Shown here one piece after another: positions 26,582 through 36,532 of a DNA stretch of 36,532 nt. The DNA is from Eubacteriales bacterium (lineage in GTDB: Bacteria; Bacillota; Clostridia; Oscillospirales; UMGS1783): NCBI GenBank assembly GCA_045599805.1, contig JAZRWQ010000059.1, forward strand, positions 1 to 36,532, written 5' to 3'. Within the stretch, counting starts at the first letter, position 1; every line of letters begins with the position of its first letter. The notes beneath the pieces were generated by a model, which saw only the letters and a list, made by a program, of their open reading frames with translations, was not told the origin of the DNA and ran no database searches. The translations under genes and the position numbers were made by a program.

Positions 26582-26984
26582 GGCACTTGAACGAAGTGAG
26601 AAGCGTATCTCGGAGCTTAAGCGCCTGTTCATTAAGATTTACGAGGATAACGCAAGCGGTAAACTGAGTGATGAGCGTTTTGACATGATGAGTCAGACCT
26701 ATGAGGCTGAACAGAAAGAACTGGAAGCTGAGGTCATCCGCCTACAGAAAGAAATCGAAGTACAGGAAACACAGATTCAAAACATTGAGAAGTTTATTCA
26801 GAAATCCAGCCAGTATGTCGGCATCGAGGAACTTACATCCTATGTCCTTCATGAGCTGGTAAAGGCCATCTATGTAGATGCACCGGATAAGTCCAGCGGC
26901 AAGCGCAGACAGCATATCCACATCCAGTATGATGGACTGGGCTTCATCCCTCTGAATGAGCTTTTAACAAGTGAAAAGGCGTGA
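26541..26984 (+). pseudogene. C-terminal fragment (DUF4368-type tail) of a large serine recombinase; the catalytic N-terminus is missing
   Basis: SAKQIAANRKALERSEKRISELKRLFIKIYEDNASGKLSDERFDMMSQTYE...ELVKAIYV...IHIQY is the coiled-coil/C-terminal region of TndX-like recombinases. The frame is closed by TGA at 26535. No resolvase domain lies upstream. Confidence 0.65.
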
Positions 26985-27011
26985 CCAAAGCCACGCCTTC
27001 CCATCTTTTTT
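26976..27011 (+). terminator. Hairpin with a downstream T run after the recombinase fragment
   Basis: Stem AAGGCGTG/CACGCCTT (26976-26983 with 26992-26999). The T6 run starts 5 nt after the stem. Confidence 0.4.
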
Positions 27012-27049
27012 CAATTCTTAAACATTTACTGTTTTACGACGCACCGCCA

Positions 27050-27067
27050 TAAAGGGCGCTTCTTTTT
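27050..27067. repeat. Right arm of the split palindrome (ancestral bidirectional terminator)
   Basis: TAAAGGGCGCTTCTTTTT is the exact reverse complement of 22729-22746. It overlaps the ADH stop codon (27066-27068). Confidence 0.75.
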
Positions 27068-28211
27068 ATTTACCGTATTTATCAAGGGTTTTGTAAACTG
27101 TATCAAATACGCTGTCGCTGAATTTTTCTCCGCCGTCATATACCGATGCGTGAATGTTTTTGCCTTTTGCCGCTTTTGCATACAGGGTTGCAACGGTTTT
27201 TTCATCACGGGGCAGGGAGGGCAGTACCGAATAGAAAAGCCTTTCCAATTCATCAACGTCGGTGCCCATTGTATTCAGCATCCTGTCCGTATCTTCCTTA
27301 TAGTCAATGCTGTGAAGTCTTATAAATTCGGGCAGGAAATAGGCGCAGGCAAAACCGTGGCAGGTTCCGCATTCGGATGTGATTGCATAGCCTGCGCTGT
27401 GAGGGAAGCAGGTACCGGAAAGCTCAATGGTGATACCCGCAAGTATTGAACCGTAAAGCAGTTTTTCCCGATCTTCAAGGGTAAGCTCTTCGGAAAATGC
27501 CTTTTTCAAAGCAGGCCAGATAAGCTCAAGCCCTGCCAGCGCAAAGGTTCTTACAAAGATGCCGCTGCCCTTTTTGAAATAGCCCTCAAAGCAATGAGCC
27601 ACAGCATCAATTCCCGTAGAAACGGTAACGTTTTTCGGAAGACTTAAGGTGTATTTCGGATCGCAGAAGGTAACAACGGGGCAGGACGCCTTGTTGCCCC
27701 AGCCTCTTTTAAGAGAGTTTTTGCCCTCTCCCAAGGTCATTACCGAAAAGGACGTGACCTCGCTTCCCGTTCCCGCGGTAGTGCCGCAGGCGAATACCGG
27801 AAGCGGCTTGTTCGGTACTTTCTTTGCGTACAGATCGTCAACGGAAATATCGGGATTTACCGCGAATAAGGCAACGGCCTTTGCCGCATCCATCGGCGAG
27901 CCGCCGCCAATGCCCAAAACGCCGTCGGCACCAAATTCAACGCATTCCTTTGCGGCATTGCTGCAGGCGTCTATATGAGGGTTTTCTACAACCCTGTCGT
28001 ATATCTTGTATTCGATGCCGATGCTGTCAAAAAGTTCCGTAAAATCGTCAAGAGCGCCGCTTTTTTTAGCGGAGGATTTCCCCGTCATTATAAAAACTTT
28101 TGAGGCGTAATCCTTTATTATAGCGCCCTTTTCCTTTACGCAGTCCTTGCCCGAAATGATGTTCCAGCGCTCGTTGAGGCTGAAATTGAACGGTAATTTA
28201 CTTTGTGCCAT
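27066..28211 (-). CDS. Iron-containing (group III) alcohol dehydrogenase
   Basis: [13 protein letters not shown] motif, GTGSEVT, and metal-ligand His region ([16 protein letters not shown]). I chose the start at [10 protein letters not shown] (28211). This gives a 381-aa product and a 14-nt overlap with upp. The longer listed ORF would overlap 131 nt of the upp coding sequence. Confidence 0.85.
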   Translation of the reverse strand: MAQSKLPFNFSLNERWNIISGKDCVKEKGAIIKDYASKVFIMTGKSSAKKSGALDDFTELFDSIGIEYKIYDRVVENPHIDACSNAAKECVEFGADGVLGIGGGSPMDAAKAVALFAVNPDISVDDLYAKKVPNKPLPVFACGTTAGTGSEVTSFSVMTLGEGKNSLKRGWGNKASCPVVTFCDPKYTLSLPKNVTVSTGIDAVAHCFEGYFKKGSGIFVRTFALAGLELIWPALKKAFSEELTLEDREKLLYGSILAGITIELSGTCFPHSAGYAITSECGTCHGFACAYFLPEFIRLHSIDYKEDTDRMLNTMGTDVDELERLFYSVLPSLPRDEKTVATLYAKAAKGKNIHASVYDGGEKFSDSVFDTVYKTLDKYGK

Positions 28212-28830
28212 AGATTCTGTCACCGGCATCGCCGAGTCCGGGAACGATGTAGCCATGGTCGTTGAGCTTTTCATCGAGGGAAGCGCAGAATATTTCAACT
28301 TCCGGATAAGCTGCGCAAATCTTTTCAAGACCTTCGGGTGCTGCGATGAGGCAGAGGAATTTAATATTCTGCGCGCCCTTGTCCTTTAAGAACTTGATAG
28401 CGGCAATGGCAGAACCGCCGGTAGCAAGCATGGGATCTATGATAAATACTTCTCTTTTATCGATATCCTTTGGAACCTTGCAGTAATATTCAACCGGCTC
28501 GAGAGTTCTGGGGTTTCTGTAAAGACCGATATGGCCAACCTTCGCGTTTGGAACGAGGTTGAGTATACCGTCAAGCATACCCATGCCTGCGCGCAGGATG
28601 GGAACAACGGCGATATCGGGGCCTGCAAGCATCTTGGAGTGAGCGGTGGCAACGGGAGTTTCGATCTCAACATCCTTGAGCTTCAGATTGCGGAAAGCAT
28701 CATAACACATAAGCATTGCAATCTCGTTAACAAGCTCGCGGAACTCCTTAACGGTGGTATTCTTGTCTCTCAAAAGGGATATTTTGTGCTGGATTAGGGG
28801 GTGGTCCATAATGTGTACGTTCTGTGTCAT
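28198..28830 (-). CDS. upp: Uracil phosphoribosyltransferase
   Basis: [16 protein letters not shown], the PRPP-binding loop [12 protein letters not shown], and C-terminal [12 protein letters not shown]. Confidence 0.95.
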   Translation of the reverse strand: MTQNVHIMDHPLIQHKISLLRDKNTTVKEFRELVNEIAMLMCYDAFRNLKLKDVEIETPVATAHSKMLAGPDIAVVPILRAGMGMLDGILNLVPNAKVGHIGLYRNPRTLEPVEYYCKVPKDIDKREVFIIDPMLATGGSAIAAIKFLKDKGAQNIKFLCLIAAPEGLEKICAAYPEVEIFCASLDEKLNDHGYIVPGLGDAGDRIYGTK

Positions 28831-28832
28831 TT

Positions 28833-29294
28833 TTACTTCTCCTCGTATTTTAAATTATCAAATTCGTTCATCATATCCACTCTTATCTTGTGGCGTGGAT
28901 TCTCCGTATCAAATTCCGTTTCCATAAATACCTGCGCAAGCTCGCATGCCGCGCCTTCGCCGATTATCCTCTGGCCGAGGCAGAGCACGTTTGCATCATT
29001 GTGCAGGCGGGTGTATTTTGCGCCGAAATAGTCACTTGTTGCGGCGGCGCGTATGCCCGGGAACTTGTTGGCGCTCATGCTCATGCCTATGCCGGTGCCG
29101 CATACGAGTATGCCTCTTTCAAATTCGCCGGAAATTATCCTTTCGCAAAGCTCCTTTGCCTTTTCGGGATAGTGACACTTTTCGCCGGAAGCAACGCCGA
29201 TATCGGTCACGTCGTAACCTATTCCGGTAAGGTGCTTTACTAAAGCGTTTTTAAGCTCAACGCCTGCGTGGTCATTGCCGATAATCACTTTCAT
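28833..29294 (-). CDS. rpiB: Ribose-5-phosphate isomerase B
   Basis: [15 protein letters not shown] and [16 protein letters not shown] (RpiB/LacAB family). Confidence 0.93.
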   Translation of the reverse strand: MKVIIGNDHAGVELKNALVKHLTGIGYDVTDIGVASGEKCHYPEKAKELCERIISGEFERGILVCGTGIGMSMSANKFPGIRAAATSDYFGAKYTRLHNDANVLCLGQRIIGEGAACELAQVFMETEFDTENPRHKIRVDMMNEFDNLKYEEK

Positions 29295-29998
29295 TTGCTC
29301 TTATTCCTTTCCTGCTTTTCACGCTCCGCCTGACTCAGTCTCAGGTAGACCGGCATAATATCTTTGAAATTCTGCGGGCGGAAGGTGCACAGCGCCGTTT
29401 CGTTTGCCGCCGCAAGGCATACCGAATCCGCTCTCAGATATATGTCATTTCCGCTTGCAAGTACCGTTTTTGTCCCGTTATCCATGCTATCATATACTAA
29501 ACGGGCGCCGTCTCCGATAAGGAGTATCGGCTTGTCGTAATTTTTCAAATCGGCTTTAAGCTCGTCCACCGATAAGGCCCTGTCATCGCATATTCTGAAA
29601 AGAACGCCGTCTTTGAATTCGAAAAGCGCGTTGTAAACCTGTGCGCGTCTCGCATCAAGGCAGGGGCATATTATCCCGTTAAAATCGGTTACGTTGTAGC
29701 ACAGCGCCTCCAGAGAGGATATCCCTATCATCGGTATATCGCCGCCCTGCGCGATGCCCTTTGCCGTCGCAAGCCCTATTCTTATTCCGGTAAATGAGCC
29801 GGGTCCTATCGTAACGGCGATATAGTCGGTTTCGTTTAAGTTCGCGTTTGAAACCTCATATATGCTTTTTATTATAGGCAGCAGCGTTTCGCTGTGCGTA
29901 AGCGTACCGTTTATACTGAATGAGGCGCAGATTCTTCCGTCCTCATAAAGCGCGGCGCTGCATGCCTTTGTGCAGCATTCGATTCCGAGTATCTTCAA
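29291..29998 (-). CDS. tsaB: tRNA t6A biosynthesis protein TsaB (YeaZ)
   Basis: ILGIECCTKACSAAL, GPGSFTGIRIGLATAKG. Follows tsaE with an overlap. Confidence 0.9.
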   Translation of the reverse strand: MKILGIECCTKACSAALYEDGRICASFSINGTLTHSETLLPIIKSIYEVSNANLNETDYIAVTIGPGSFTGIRIGLATAKGIAQGGDIPMIGISSLEALCYNVTDFNGIICPCLDARRAQVYNALFEFKDGVLFRICDDRALSVDELKADLKNYDKPILLIGDGARLVYDSMDNGTKTVLASGNDIYLRADSVCLAAANETALCTFRPQNFKDIMPVYLRLSQAEREKQERNKSK

Positions 29999-30414
29999 AG
30001 TTCTGCTCCTTCGATATCTATTATGCGGTCGTCTTCATTTTCGCCGTAGCTTATGCTTATTTTAATATGCTTTTCGGGAATGGCGTTTTCAATATTTTCG
30101 CACCATTCACAGGCAACTATCGAGCCGTCCTCGCAGTAATCGTAAAAGCCGGTGTCTTCAAGCATATCCTCATTTATCCGGTACATATCAAAATGCGCAA
30201 GATTTATATTGCCTCTGTAAAGATGCACGATGTTGAAGGTCGGACTTGAAACGGGATCAATGCTTCCCAGCCCCAATGCGATTCCCGATATAAAGCAGGT
30301 CTTGCCTGCACCGAGATCGCCGTAAAAGGCCAAAAAATCGCCCCTTGTCAGCTTTTGCGCAAGCTTTTGTCCAAGCGAGCGTGTTTCATTGTAGTCATGG
30401 GATATATATTTCAT
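29995..30414 (-). CDS. tsaE: tRNA t6A biosynthesis ATPase TsaE (YjeE)
   Basis: GDLGAGKT P-loop and SPTFNIVH motif. I chose ATG 30414, with GGGGAG upstream. The longer ORF would include its own promoter. Confidence 0.88.
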   Translation of the reverse strand: MKYISHDYNETRSLGQKLAQKLTRGDFLAFYGDLGAGKTCFISGIALGLGSIDPVSSPTFNIVHLYRGNINLAHFDMYRINEDMLEDTGFYDYCEDGSIVACEWCENIENAIPEKHIKISISYGENEDDRIIDIEGAEL

Positions 30415-30441
30415 ACAAACACTCCCCGATATTTCCTTAAC

Positions 30442-30470
30442 AGTATAACATAAAGAGTCAAACCTTTCAA
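30442..30470 (-). promoter_or_regulatory. Promoter of the tsaE-tsaB-rpiB-upp-adh operon
   Basis: Read on the - strand: TTGAAA (30470-30465), 17 nt spacer, TATACT (30447-30442) with a TGn extended -10. Confidence 0.5.
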
Positions 30471-30479
30471 CCTTACGCA

Positions 30480-30508
30480 TTGATTTTTTGTATATTTAAC
30501 GCTATACT
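30480..30508 (+). promoter_or_regulatory. Promoter of the addB-addA operon (divergent from tsaE)
   Basis: TTGATT (30480-30485), 17 nt spacer, TATACT (30503-30508). AAGGAAGG Shine-Dalgarno precedes ATG 30538. Confidence 0.5.
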
Positions 30509-30537
30509 ATAACTAATAAACATAAAGGAAGGTCATA

Positions 30538-33500
30538 ATGCTTACCTTATACTATTCCAATATCGGAAATAAGTACCGAAAAAAACTGTACAGCGCCTTT
30601 TCGCGGGATATCGGGAGCAAAAAGAACTCTCTTCTGCTCGTGCCCGAGCAGTTCACCGTCCATGCCGAAAAGGAGATATATTCGCTGTCCGGTTCCTTTG
30701 CAGGGAACTGTGAGGTCGTAAGCTTCAGGCGTCTGTGCTACCGCATACTTTTTGCCGCCGGACGTCTCCATTCGTCGCGCCTTGACAAGGCAGGCAAGGC
30801 GGCGGTTCTGCACCGTGTGTTAAATGACCTTAAGGATGATTTCGAATATTTCAACGGCGTAAAAATAAGCAGCGCTTTTATATCCTCCCTTATGGATTTT
30901 CTGGACGAGCTTTCAAGATGCGAGGTAAGTGCCCTGCAGCTTATCGAGGCAGGGCGGAAAATGAAAAAAGGGCGCACCCGCGATAAGCTTAATGAGATAG
31001 GTCTTATACTTTCCGCTTATGAGGGAATGCTTCGAGAAATAGGCGAGTCGGTTGACAGTGAAATAACCTCGGCAAAAAAGGCGCTTGACGATACCGATGT
31101 TTTCAACGGCTTCAATATCTACATAGACGGATTCTATTCATTCAGCCCGGAGGAATACAGTTTGATATCACGCCTTATGTCAAGATGCGATATCACCGTT
31201 TCACTCTTTACACCCGATTTAAAGGATAAGGACGGCGGCTACGGTTTATTCTCTGATGTAAAGGCCACCGCATACACCCTTAAAATGATGGCGGACAATA
31301 AGGGCGTAAAGGTTATTGAAGATAAATCGGACGATGAAAGCTATTATTCCTCCGATGTTTTAAAGCATATTGCAAATAGCGCTTTTCAGTCCAAAACAAA
31401 ATATGACGGGGACTTAACCGGTCTTACCGTATACCGTGCTCCCGATGCATACGGCGAGGCAGTGTACGCCGCATCGCGCATAAAGGAGCTTGTACGTAAG
31501 GACGGTATGTCGTATGATGATTTTGCCGTTTTGGTAAGGGATGAAAATAACTATAAGGGCGTTATCGACAGCGTATTTTCCCTTTACGGCATACCGGTAT
31601 TTGCCGATAAACGCACTCCCTTATCGGTAAAGCCTCCCGTGCTTTTCATAAAGACGGCATTGCAGATAGCCGCCGGAAGATTTACCGCCGACGATATTTT
31701 GCTGTACGCCAAAACCGGACTCACCGATGTCGAGCCGGAGATGCTTGCAAAAATACAGCGCTACTGCAATATATGGAATGTCGGCGCATCACAGTGGTTT
31801 TCGGGCGATTTCGACAGCAATCCCAACGGCTTCTCGTCCGAAAAGACGGAAAGCGACAAGGCGCTTCTCGATCAGATAAATAAGAGTAAGGATATAATCG
31901 TTGCTCCGCTTAAAACTCTGAGAGAAAACTTAAAGGGCAGCTGCCGCGATATGTGCCGCGCCGTAACCGATTTCGTAAAGGAAATAAATCTTCCCGATAA
32001 GCTTAAATCGCAGGCGGAAAAACTCAAAGCTATGGGCGAGTATGAGCTGTGTCAGGAGAGCGAGCAGTCGTATGATACCTTCATGCGCGCTGTCGAGCAG
32101 ATATATCTTGCATCCGATGACAGGGAAGTAACCGTCGCATATTTTACGGATTTGCTTCTGAATTGCCTTTCGTTTTACGATATCGGCAGGATCCCCACAA
32201 GCCTTGACGAGGTCATCTTCGGTACGCCGGACAGACTTAAGACCATGGGCAAAAAGTGCGTATTCCTGCTCGGCATGAACGACGGCGAATTTCCGAAAAA
32301 CATACCCGATAACGGGCTTGTAAACGACAGCGACCGTATATCTCTCTCCCGGCTCGGTGTTGAGCTTGACAGCATAGCCGACGAAAAGATGTTCAAGGAG
32401 CGCTTTTATGCCTACTGCGCCCTTACCCTGCCGAGCAAATATCTTTATATAACGAGTGCCGCCATGAATTCGGAAAAGCAGGCAATATCGCCGTCATATT
32501 ATATTGATATGCTTACCGAGCTTACCGGCGCCCCCGTTCAGTTTGAGGACAGCGCCCCCATACAGGACAAGTCGCTTCTTTTCTCCATGCTTATAAAGGG
32601 CGGACTTAAAGATAAAAAGCTGCTTTCATATTTTGAAAACGATCCGCATTATGCTGATGTTATAGAAAAGGCAAGAGAGTTTTCAAATTTCGGCAAGGAC
32701 GAAACGGCGCTGTCTCAAAAGCTGAACGAAAGGCTGTCCGGTAAAGGCCTGAGCGCATCTCCCACAAGGCTCGAATCGTATTTTTCCTGTAGATTTATGC
32801 ACTTTTGCAAATACGTGCTCGGCATAAGAGCTGACCGCAAGGCCGAGATAAATTCCTCCGAGGTCGGCAACTTCATACACAGCGGACTGGAAACCATCCT
32901 TCGTGATTTTGCCGCATCCGGCATAGATTTTTACAATACTCCCCGTGAAGAGATAGAAAAGAAGATAGACGAAATGACAAGGGTTTATCTTGAGGGGTAT
33001 CTCGGCGGAAGCGAGGGCAAATCCGAAAGATTTTTGGCGCTCTTCAACCGCCTTAAAAACTGCCTGTGTTCTCTCGTGCTTCGCCTTTGCGATGAATTTT
33101 CAACCTGCTCATTCAAAACCGTTGACTGGGAGCTTGGTATAGGCGACAACGGCCCGATACCCTCCAAGGAAGTAGTTTTCGACGGCGGCAGTATCCGCAT
33201 AAGCGGCAAGGCAGACAGAGTTGATATGTACAGCGACGGCGAAAAGAGCTATGTCAGGGTAGTCGATTATAAAACCGGTCATAAGGACTTTTCGATGAAC
33301 GATATTTACAACGGCATCAATCTTCAGATGTTTTTGTATCTTTTCTCCATTTGTCAAAACGGCGCTGATTACTACGGAGTAAGTCCGACTCCTGCCGGAG
33401 TGCTGTATTATCCTGCCGATGAGCGTGTCCCCACGGTAAATCGCGGTGCGACAAGCACCGATATAGAAAAGGAAAAGGAGAAGTTGCGCAGACAAAAGGG

Positions 33501-33849
33501 ACTTTTGCTTAACGATATCAAAATCATCGAAGCAATGGATTCTACCGTGTCCGGCAAATTTATTCCCGCAACCCTTAAGAAGGACGGCTCGCTTACAAAG
33601 TCGGATAAGCTGATAACCCTACACGGCTTTGAAGCCATAGAGCGCCATATAGAAAAGATAATAAAGGAAATCGGCGAGGAAATGATCAAGGGCAACGTAA
33701 CCCCCAATCCCTTCAAAACGACCACTGCCAATTCCTGCCGCTACTGTGACTATGCACCGATATGCGGCTATGAGCCGATAAGAGGCGGAAGACAGTATAA
33801 GGACTATAAATCAAGTGAATTGTACGCGGAGGTAAATGCAGATGAGTAA
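30538..33849 (+). CDS. addB: Helicase-nuclease complex subunit AddB (RexB)
   Basis: About 1100 aa. C-terminal RecB-type nuclease (GKADRVD...VVDYKTG) and the Fe-S cluster cysteines C...CRYCDYAPIC (Cx2Cx5C). Overlaps the addA start. Confidence 0.9.
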   Translation: MLTLYYSNIGNKYRKKLYSAFSRDIGSKKNSLLLVPEQFTVHAEKEIYSLSGSFAGNCEVVSFRRLCYRILFAAGRLHSSRLDKAGKAAVLHRVLNDLKDDFEYFNGVKISSAFISSLMDFLDELSRCEVSALQLIEAGRKMKKGRTRDKLNEIGLILSAYEGMLREIGESVDSEITSAKKALDDTDVFNGFNIYIDGFYSFSPEEYSLISRLMSRCDITVSLFTPDLKDKDGGYGLFSDVKATAYTLKMMADNKGVKVIEDKSDDESYYSSDVLKHIANSAFQSKTKYDGDLTGLTVYRAPDAYGEAVYAASRIKELVRKDGMSYDDFAVLVRDENNYKGVIDSVFSLYGIPVFADKRTPLSVKPPVLFIKTALQIAAGRFTADDILLYAKTGLTDVEPEMLAKIQRYCNIWNVGASQWFSGDFDSNPNGFSSEKTESDKALLDQINKSKDIIVAPLKTLRENLKGSCRDMCRAVTDFVKEINLPDKLKSQAEKLKAMGEYELCQESEQSYDTFMRAVEQIYLASDDREVTVAYFTDLLLNCLSFYDIGRIPTSLDEVIFGTPDRLKTMGKKCVFLLGMNDGEFPKNIPDNGLVNDSDRISLSRLGVELDSIADEKMFKERFYAYCALTLPSKYLYITSAAMNSEKQAISPSYYIDMLTELTGAPVQFEDSAPIQDKSLLFSMLIKGGLKDKKLLSYFENDPHYADVIEKAREFSNFGKDETALSQKLNERLSGKGLSASPTRLESYFSCRFMHFCKYVLGIRADRKAEINSSEVGNFIHSGLETILRDFAASGIDFYNTPREEIEKKIDEMTRVYLEGYLGGSEGKSERFLALFNRLKNCLCSLVLRLCDEFSTCSFKTVDWELGIGDNGPIPSKEVVFDGGSIRISGKADRVDMYSDGEKSYVRVVDYKTGHKDFSMNDIYNGINLQMFLYLFSICQNGADYYGVSPTPAGVLYYPADERVPTVNRGATSTDIEKEKEKLRRQKGLLLNDIKIIEAMDSTVSGKFIPATLKKDGSLTKSDKLITLHGFEAIERHIEKIIKEIGEEMIKGNVTPNPFKTTTANSCRYCDYAPICGYEPIRGGRQYKDYKSSELYAEVNADE

Positions 33850-36532
33850 TCCAATATTTACCGTTGAGCAAAAACAGGAAACCGTGCCGCAGGCAAAGGC
33901 CAGGAACTGGACGCCGGCACAGAAAAAAGCAATAGAAATATCCGGCGGCAAGGTGCTTGTATCCGCCGCGGCAGGCAGCGGCAAAACCGCGGTGCTCACC
34001 GCGCGCGTTATCGAGCAGATAAAGGCAGGCGCGGATATAGGCAGATTTTTGATAGTAACCTTTACCAAGGCGGCGGCAGGCGAAATGCGTGCAAGAATAC
34101 GCAGCGCTTTGCAGAAGGAGCTTGATAAGGATCCCGACAACAGGCATCTTTTCAAGCAGAGCCTTACGGTAAGCCGCGCAAGGATATGCACGATAGACTC
34201 TTTCTGTTCCGATGTTGTGAGAAAGAATTTCCAAAAATGCAATGTCGCTTCCGATTTCAGAATATGCGATAACGCCGATGACGAGCTGATACGCAGAGAA
34301 GCTTTGGAAATGGTATTTGAGGAGCATTACGGCGGTAAAAATCCCGGCTTTGAAAGAGGCGTTGCCATATTCAGCGGCGCGAAAAACGACAGCGGATTTT
34401 TCGAGCTTGTTTATTCCGTTATAAAATGGCTGGGTTCCCTGCCGTATCCGGTCGAGCATATCGAGTATTATGCGGATATGTGGGATCCGGACGGCGAATA
34501 TGCCGATATGTATAAAACTCCGTGGTTCAAAACGGTATTTGAATATTGTCTGTCCCAGCTCAAGCAGTACATCTCCGGCTATGAATATGCGCTTTCATTA
34601 ATGAGCCCGGGCGACGGCATGGAAAACTATCATGATGCGATGAGCGCTGAGCTTGCCGCAATGAAAGAAACGTCATCTCAAACCGATCCCGAGGAGTTTA
34701 TCGAGTCGTTATGCCGTATCGTTTTCGGAAGCCCCGAGGCAAGGAAAAAGCCGAAAGTGGACGAGCTTTTAAGAGAAACCGTCAAGGGTATAAGGGATAA
34801 AGTCAAATTATCCGTAAACGATATGCGAAACGATATTCTTGCAACCACGCCCGAGCAATATCTTTCGGATATGGATGATTTCTATCCCGTTATCAAGTCG
34901 ATAAGCGGGATCATTAAGGAATTTTACGTTAAGCAGTATGAAATCAAAGGCGAGCGCAACTGCTGGTCATTCGCCGACATCGCCGGTAAGGCACTGTCGC
35001 TGCTTATTGATGAATACGATATCAAAACCGGTAAGTTTACGCCCTCCGACATCGCCGTTGAGATGCGTGATGAATTTGACAGAATACTGCTTGACGAATA
35101 TCAGGACACAAACCTTCTGCAGGATCTTATTTTCCGTTCGGTTTCTCAAAATGAGGAGAATATCTACTGCGTAGGTGATATAAAGCAGTCCATCTACCGT
35201 TTCAGAAGAACGATGCCCTCGATATTCTTAAATCTTGCAAAGAGCGCCGATCCCACCTGCGAGAGCTTTCCGGCGCTTGTGAATCTCGAGAAAAATTTCC
35301 GTTCCTCAAACGGGGTTATAGATTTTGTCAATTATTTCTTCGGCACGCTTATGAGCAAAAATGCCGCCGAAATAGAATACGACGACAGCCAGAAGCTTTA
35401 CGTCGGAAAGCCGTATCCCGAAAACGATTATGCGACCAAAGCGGTAATTATCAACAATACGCAGCTTTCCGAGGATGAATACGGCGCGGATGACCGTAAC
35501 GACTATGCGCAGGGCAAAACCTGCGGCATGGAAATAATAAAGCTTATGCAGTCGGGCAGAACGGTTATAGACGCGGACAGCGGTAACCCCCGTCCCATCC
35601 GTCTTTCGGATATCGCCGTGCTCATGCGCTCTCCGGCAAGGCGTGTCAAGGGATTTATCAATGCACTGAAAGACCTCGGAATTGCCGCTTACAGCGATAT
35701 GAATACCGAGCTGTACGACCATTACGAGGTGCTGTTCACCATCGCTTTTTTGGAGGCTGTTGACGATCCGTACAAGGATCTCTCACTTGCCGCCGCTTTG
35801 CGTTCGCCGCTTTTCGGTTTCGGCGTGCAGGAATTAACCGATATTACCGAAAATGAAGAGGGAGACACCCTTTACGATAAGCTTAAAAGCAGCGCTGCCG
35901 TAAACGAAAAAAGCCGCAGAGCCTGCGATGCGCTCGAATACTACGCATCCCAGGCCATACAGCTTCCGGTTTATCGCCTTATATGGCAGATTTACGGCGA
36001 TTTCAGGATATTCGATCTTCTGCCGCCTTTGGGGCAGGCGCAGTTACGAAAAGAAAATCTTATAAAGCTTTACCGTCAGGCGGAAAAATACGAAAACAGC
36101 TCATTAAAGGGGCTTTACGGTTTTCTGCGCTATATTGAAAAGACAAGAGAGCAGGATACCTCCGGCGAACAAAACAGTGCGCCGGCAGGCGACTATGTAA
36201 AGGTAACCACCATACATAAGTCCAAGGGGCTTGAATATCCCATCGTGTTCGTCTGCGAGTTTGACAGACAGATGAACAGCTCGGACGAAAATGAACATAT
36301 TCTTCTGCACGATGAGCTTGGCGTAGGCAGCATACTTTACGATTTCACAAATAATGTAAGATACCGCACCCTGCAGTACGAGGCGCTGCGCATAGCCATC
36401 AAAAAAGAACGTATTGCGGAGGAAATGCGCCTATTATATGTTGCCTTTACAAGGGCAAAGGAAAAATTATATCTTGTCTTGAGCAGTAAGGATAATCTTA
36501 AAAAGAGTCTTATGAACATAATTCCCTATGAG
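33842..36532 (+). CDS. addA: Helicase-nuclease complex subunit AddA (UvrD/Rep-type helicase), 3'-truncated by the window edge
   Basis: ATG 33842 overlaps the addB stop. Motifs checked in this frame: Walker A AAAGSGKTAV, motif II LLDEYQDTN at 35090 and motif VI LLYVAFTRAKEKL near the end. The window ends after exactly 897 codons. I spot-checked the frame only at those motifs and did not read every codon. The frame is absent from the ORF track, which I take to mean it lacks a stop within the window. Confidence 0.9.
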   Translation, partial: MSNPIFTVEQKQETVPQAKARNWTPAQKKAIEISGGKVLVSAAAGSGKTAVLTARVIEQIKAGADIGRFLIVTFTKAAAGEMRARIRSALQKELDKDPDNRHLFKQSLTVSRARICTIDSFCSDVVRKNFQKCNVASDFRICDNADDELIRREALEMVFEEHYGGKNPGFERGVAIFSGAKNDSGFFELVYSVIKWLGSLPYPVEHIEYYADMWDPDGEYADMYKTPWFKTVFEYCLSQLKQYISGYEYALSLMSPGDGMENYHDAMSAELAAMKETSSQTDPEEFIESLCRIVFGSPEARKKPKVDELLRETVKGIRDKVKLSVNDMRNDILATTPEQYLSDMDDFYPVIKSISGIIKEFYVKQYEIKGERNCWSFADIAGKALSLLIDEYDIKTGKFTPSDIAVEMRDEFDRILLDEYQDTNLLQDLIFRSVSQNEENIYCVGDIKQSIYRFRRTMPSIFLNLAKSADPTCESFPALVNLEKNFRSSNGVIDFVNYFFGTLMSKNAAEIEYDDSQKLYVGKPYPENDYATKAVIINNTQLSEDEYGADDRNDYAQGKTCGMEIIKLMQSGRTVIDADSGNPRPIRLSDIAVLMRSPARRVKGFINALKDLGIAAYSDMNTELYDHYEVLFTIAFLEAVDDPYKDLSLAAALRSPLFGFGVQELTDITENEEGDTLYDKLKSSAAVNEKSRRACDALEYYASQAIQLPVYRLIWQIYGDFRIFDLLPPLGQAQLRKENLIKLYRQAEKYENSSLKGLYGFLRYIEKTREQDTSGEQNSAPAGDYVKVTTIHKSKGLEYPIVFVCEFDRQMNSSDENEHILLHDELGVGSILYDFTNNVRYRTLQYEALRIAIKKERIAEEMRLLYVAFTRAKEKLYLVLSSKDNLKKSLMNIIPYE

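Noticed and set aside
27066-28328. 420-aa version of the alcohol dehydrogenase ORF
   Set aside because: The extra 39 residues overlap the upp coding sequence and carry no Fe-ADH homology. The 381-aa form matches the usual family length.
33713-34459. 248-aa minus-strand ORF at the addB/addA junction, plus the 35306-35722 and 36104-36519 minus-strand ORFs
   Set aside because: These are antisense to addA, whose helicase motifs (GSGKT, DEYQDT, VAFTRAK) are in frame on the + strand.

Overview
This window is a chromosomal segment of a moderate-GC Firmicute, with Clostridia-type gene order and protein signatures (my impression, no search run). It is mostly housekeeping operons, interrupted by one AT-rich accessory island.

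Left to right, the core genes are:
- ecfA1(partial)-ecfA2-ecfT-truA, an uncharacterised membrane-anchored protein, cvpA-like, pgsA and clpE (+ strand).
- rplS-lepB-rbgA-rnhB-yraN-thrC (+).
- A small DUF1540-like Cys-rich gene (-) and a metallophosphoesterase (+).
- A ~600 bp ORF-poor gap holding a consensus promoter and a terminator with no real gene between them.
- A CxxC zinc-ribbon gene and a sigma-70-family gene (-).
- Cysteine desulfurase-thiI-cinA (+) and an M23 peptidase (-).
- A ThyX-fold-like gene coupled to cysK (+).
- A Gfo/Idh/MocA oxidoreductase and an AraC regulator (+).
- After the island: Fe-alcohol dehydrogenase-upp-rpiB-tsaB-tsaE (-), then addB and a 3'-truncated addA (+).

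The ~4.3 kb island (22747-27049) sits exactly between the two arms of what looks like the ancestral bidirectional terminator shared by the convergent AraC and ADH genes. It carries:
- A Hin/resolvase-type serine recombinase.
- A short segment flanked by inverted repeats that contains a near-consensus promoter (candidate inverton).
- A three-gene operon: SHOCT/TM protein, 4-TM/SHOCT protein, and a protein with an Rx4H HEPN-like motif.
- Decayed conjugative-element remnants: an XRE-like gene with an in-frame TGA, a truncated DUF3847-like gene, and the C-terminal fragment of a large serine recombinase.

I recognised no rRNA, tRNA or CRISPR array. All family assignments come from motif recognition by eye, not from database searches.
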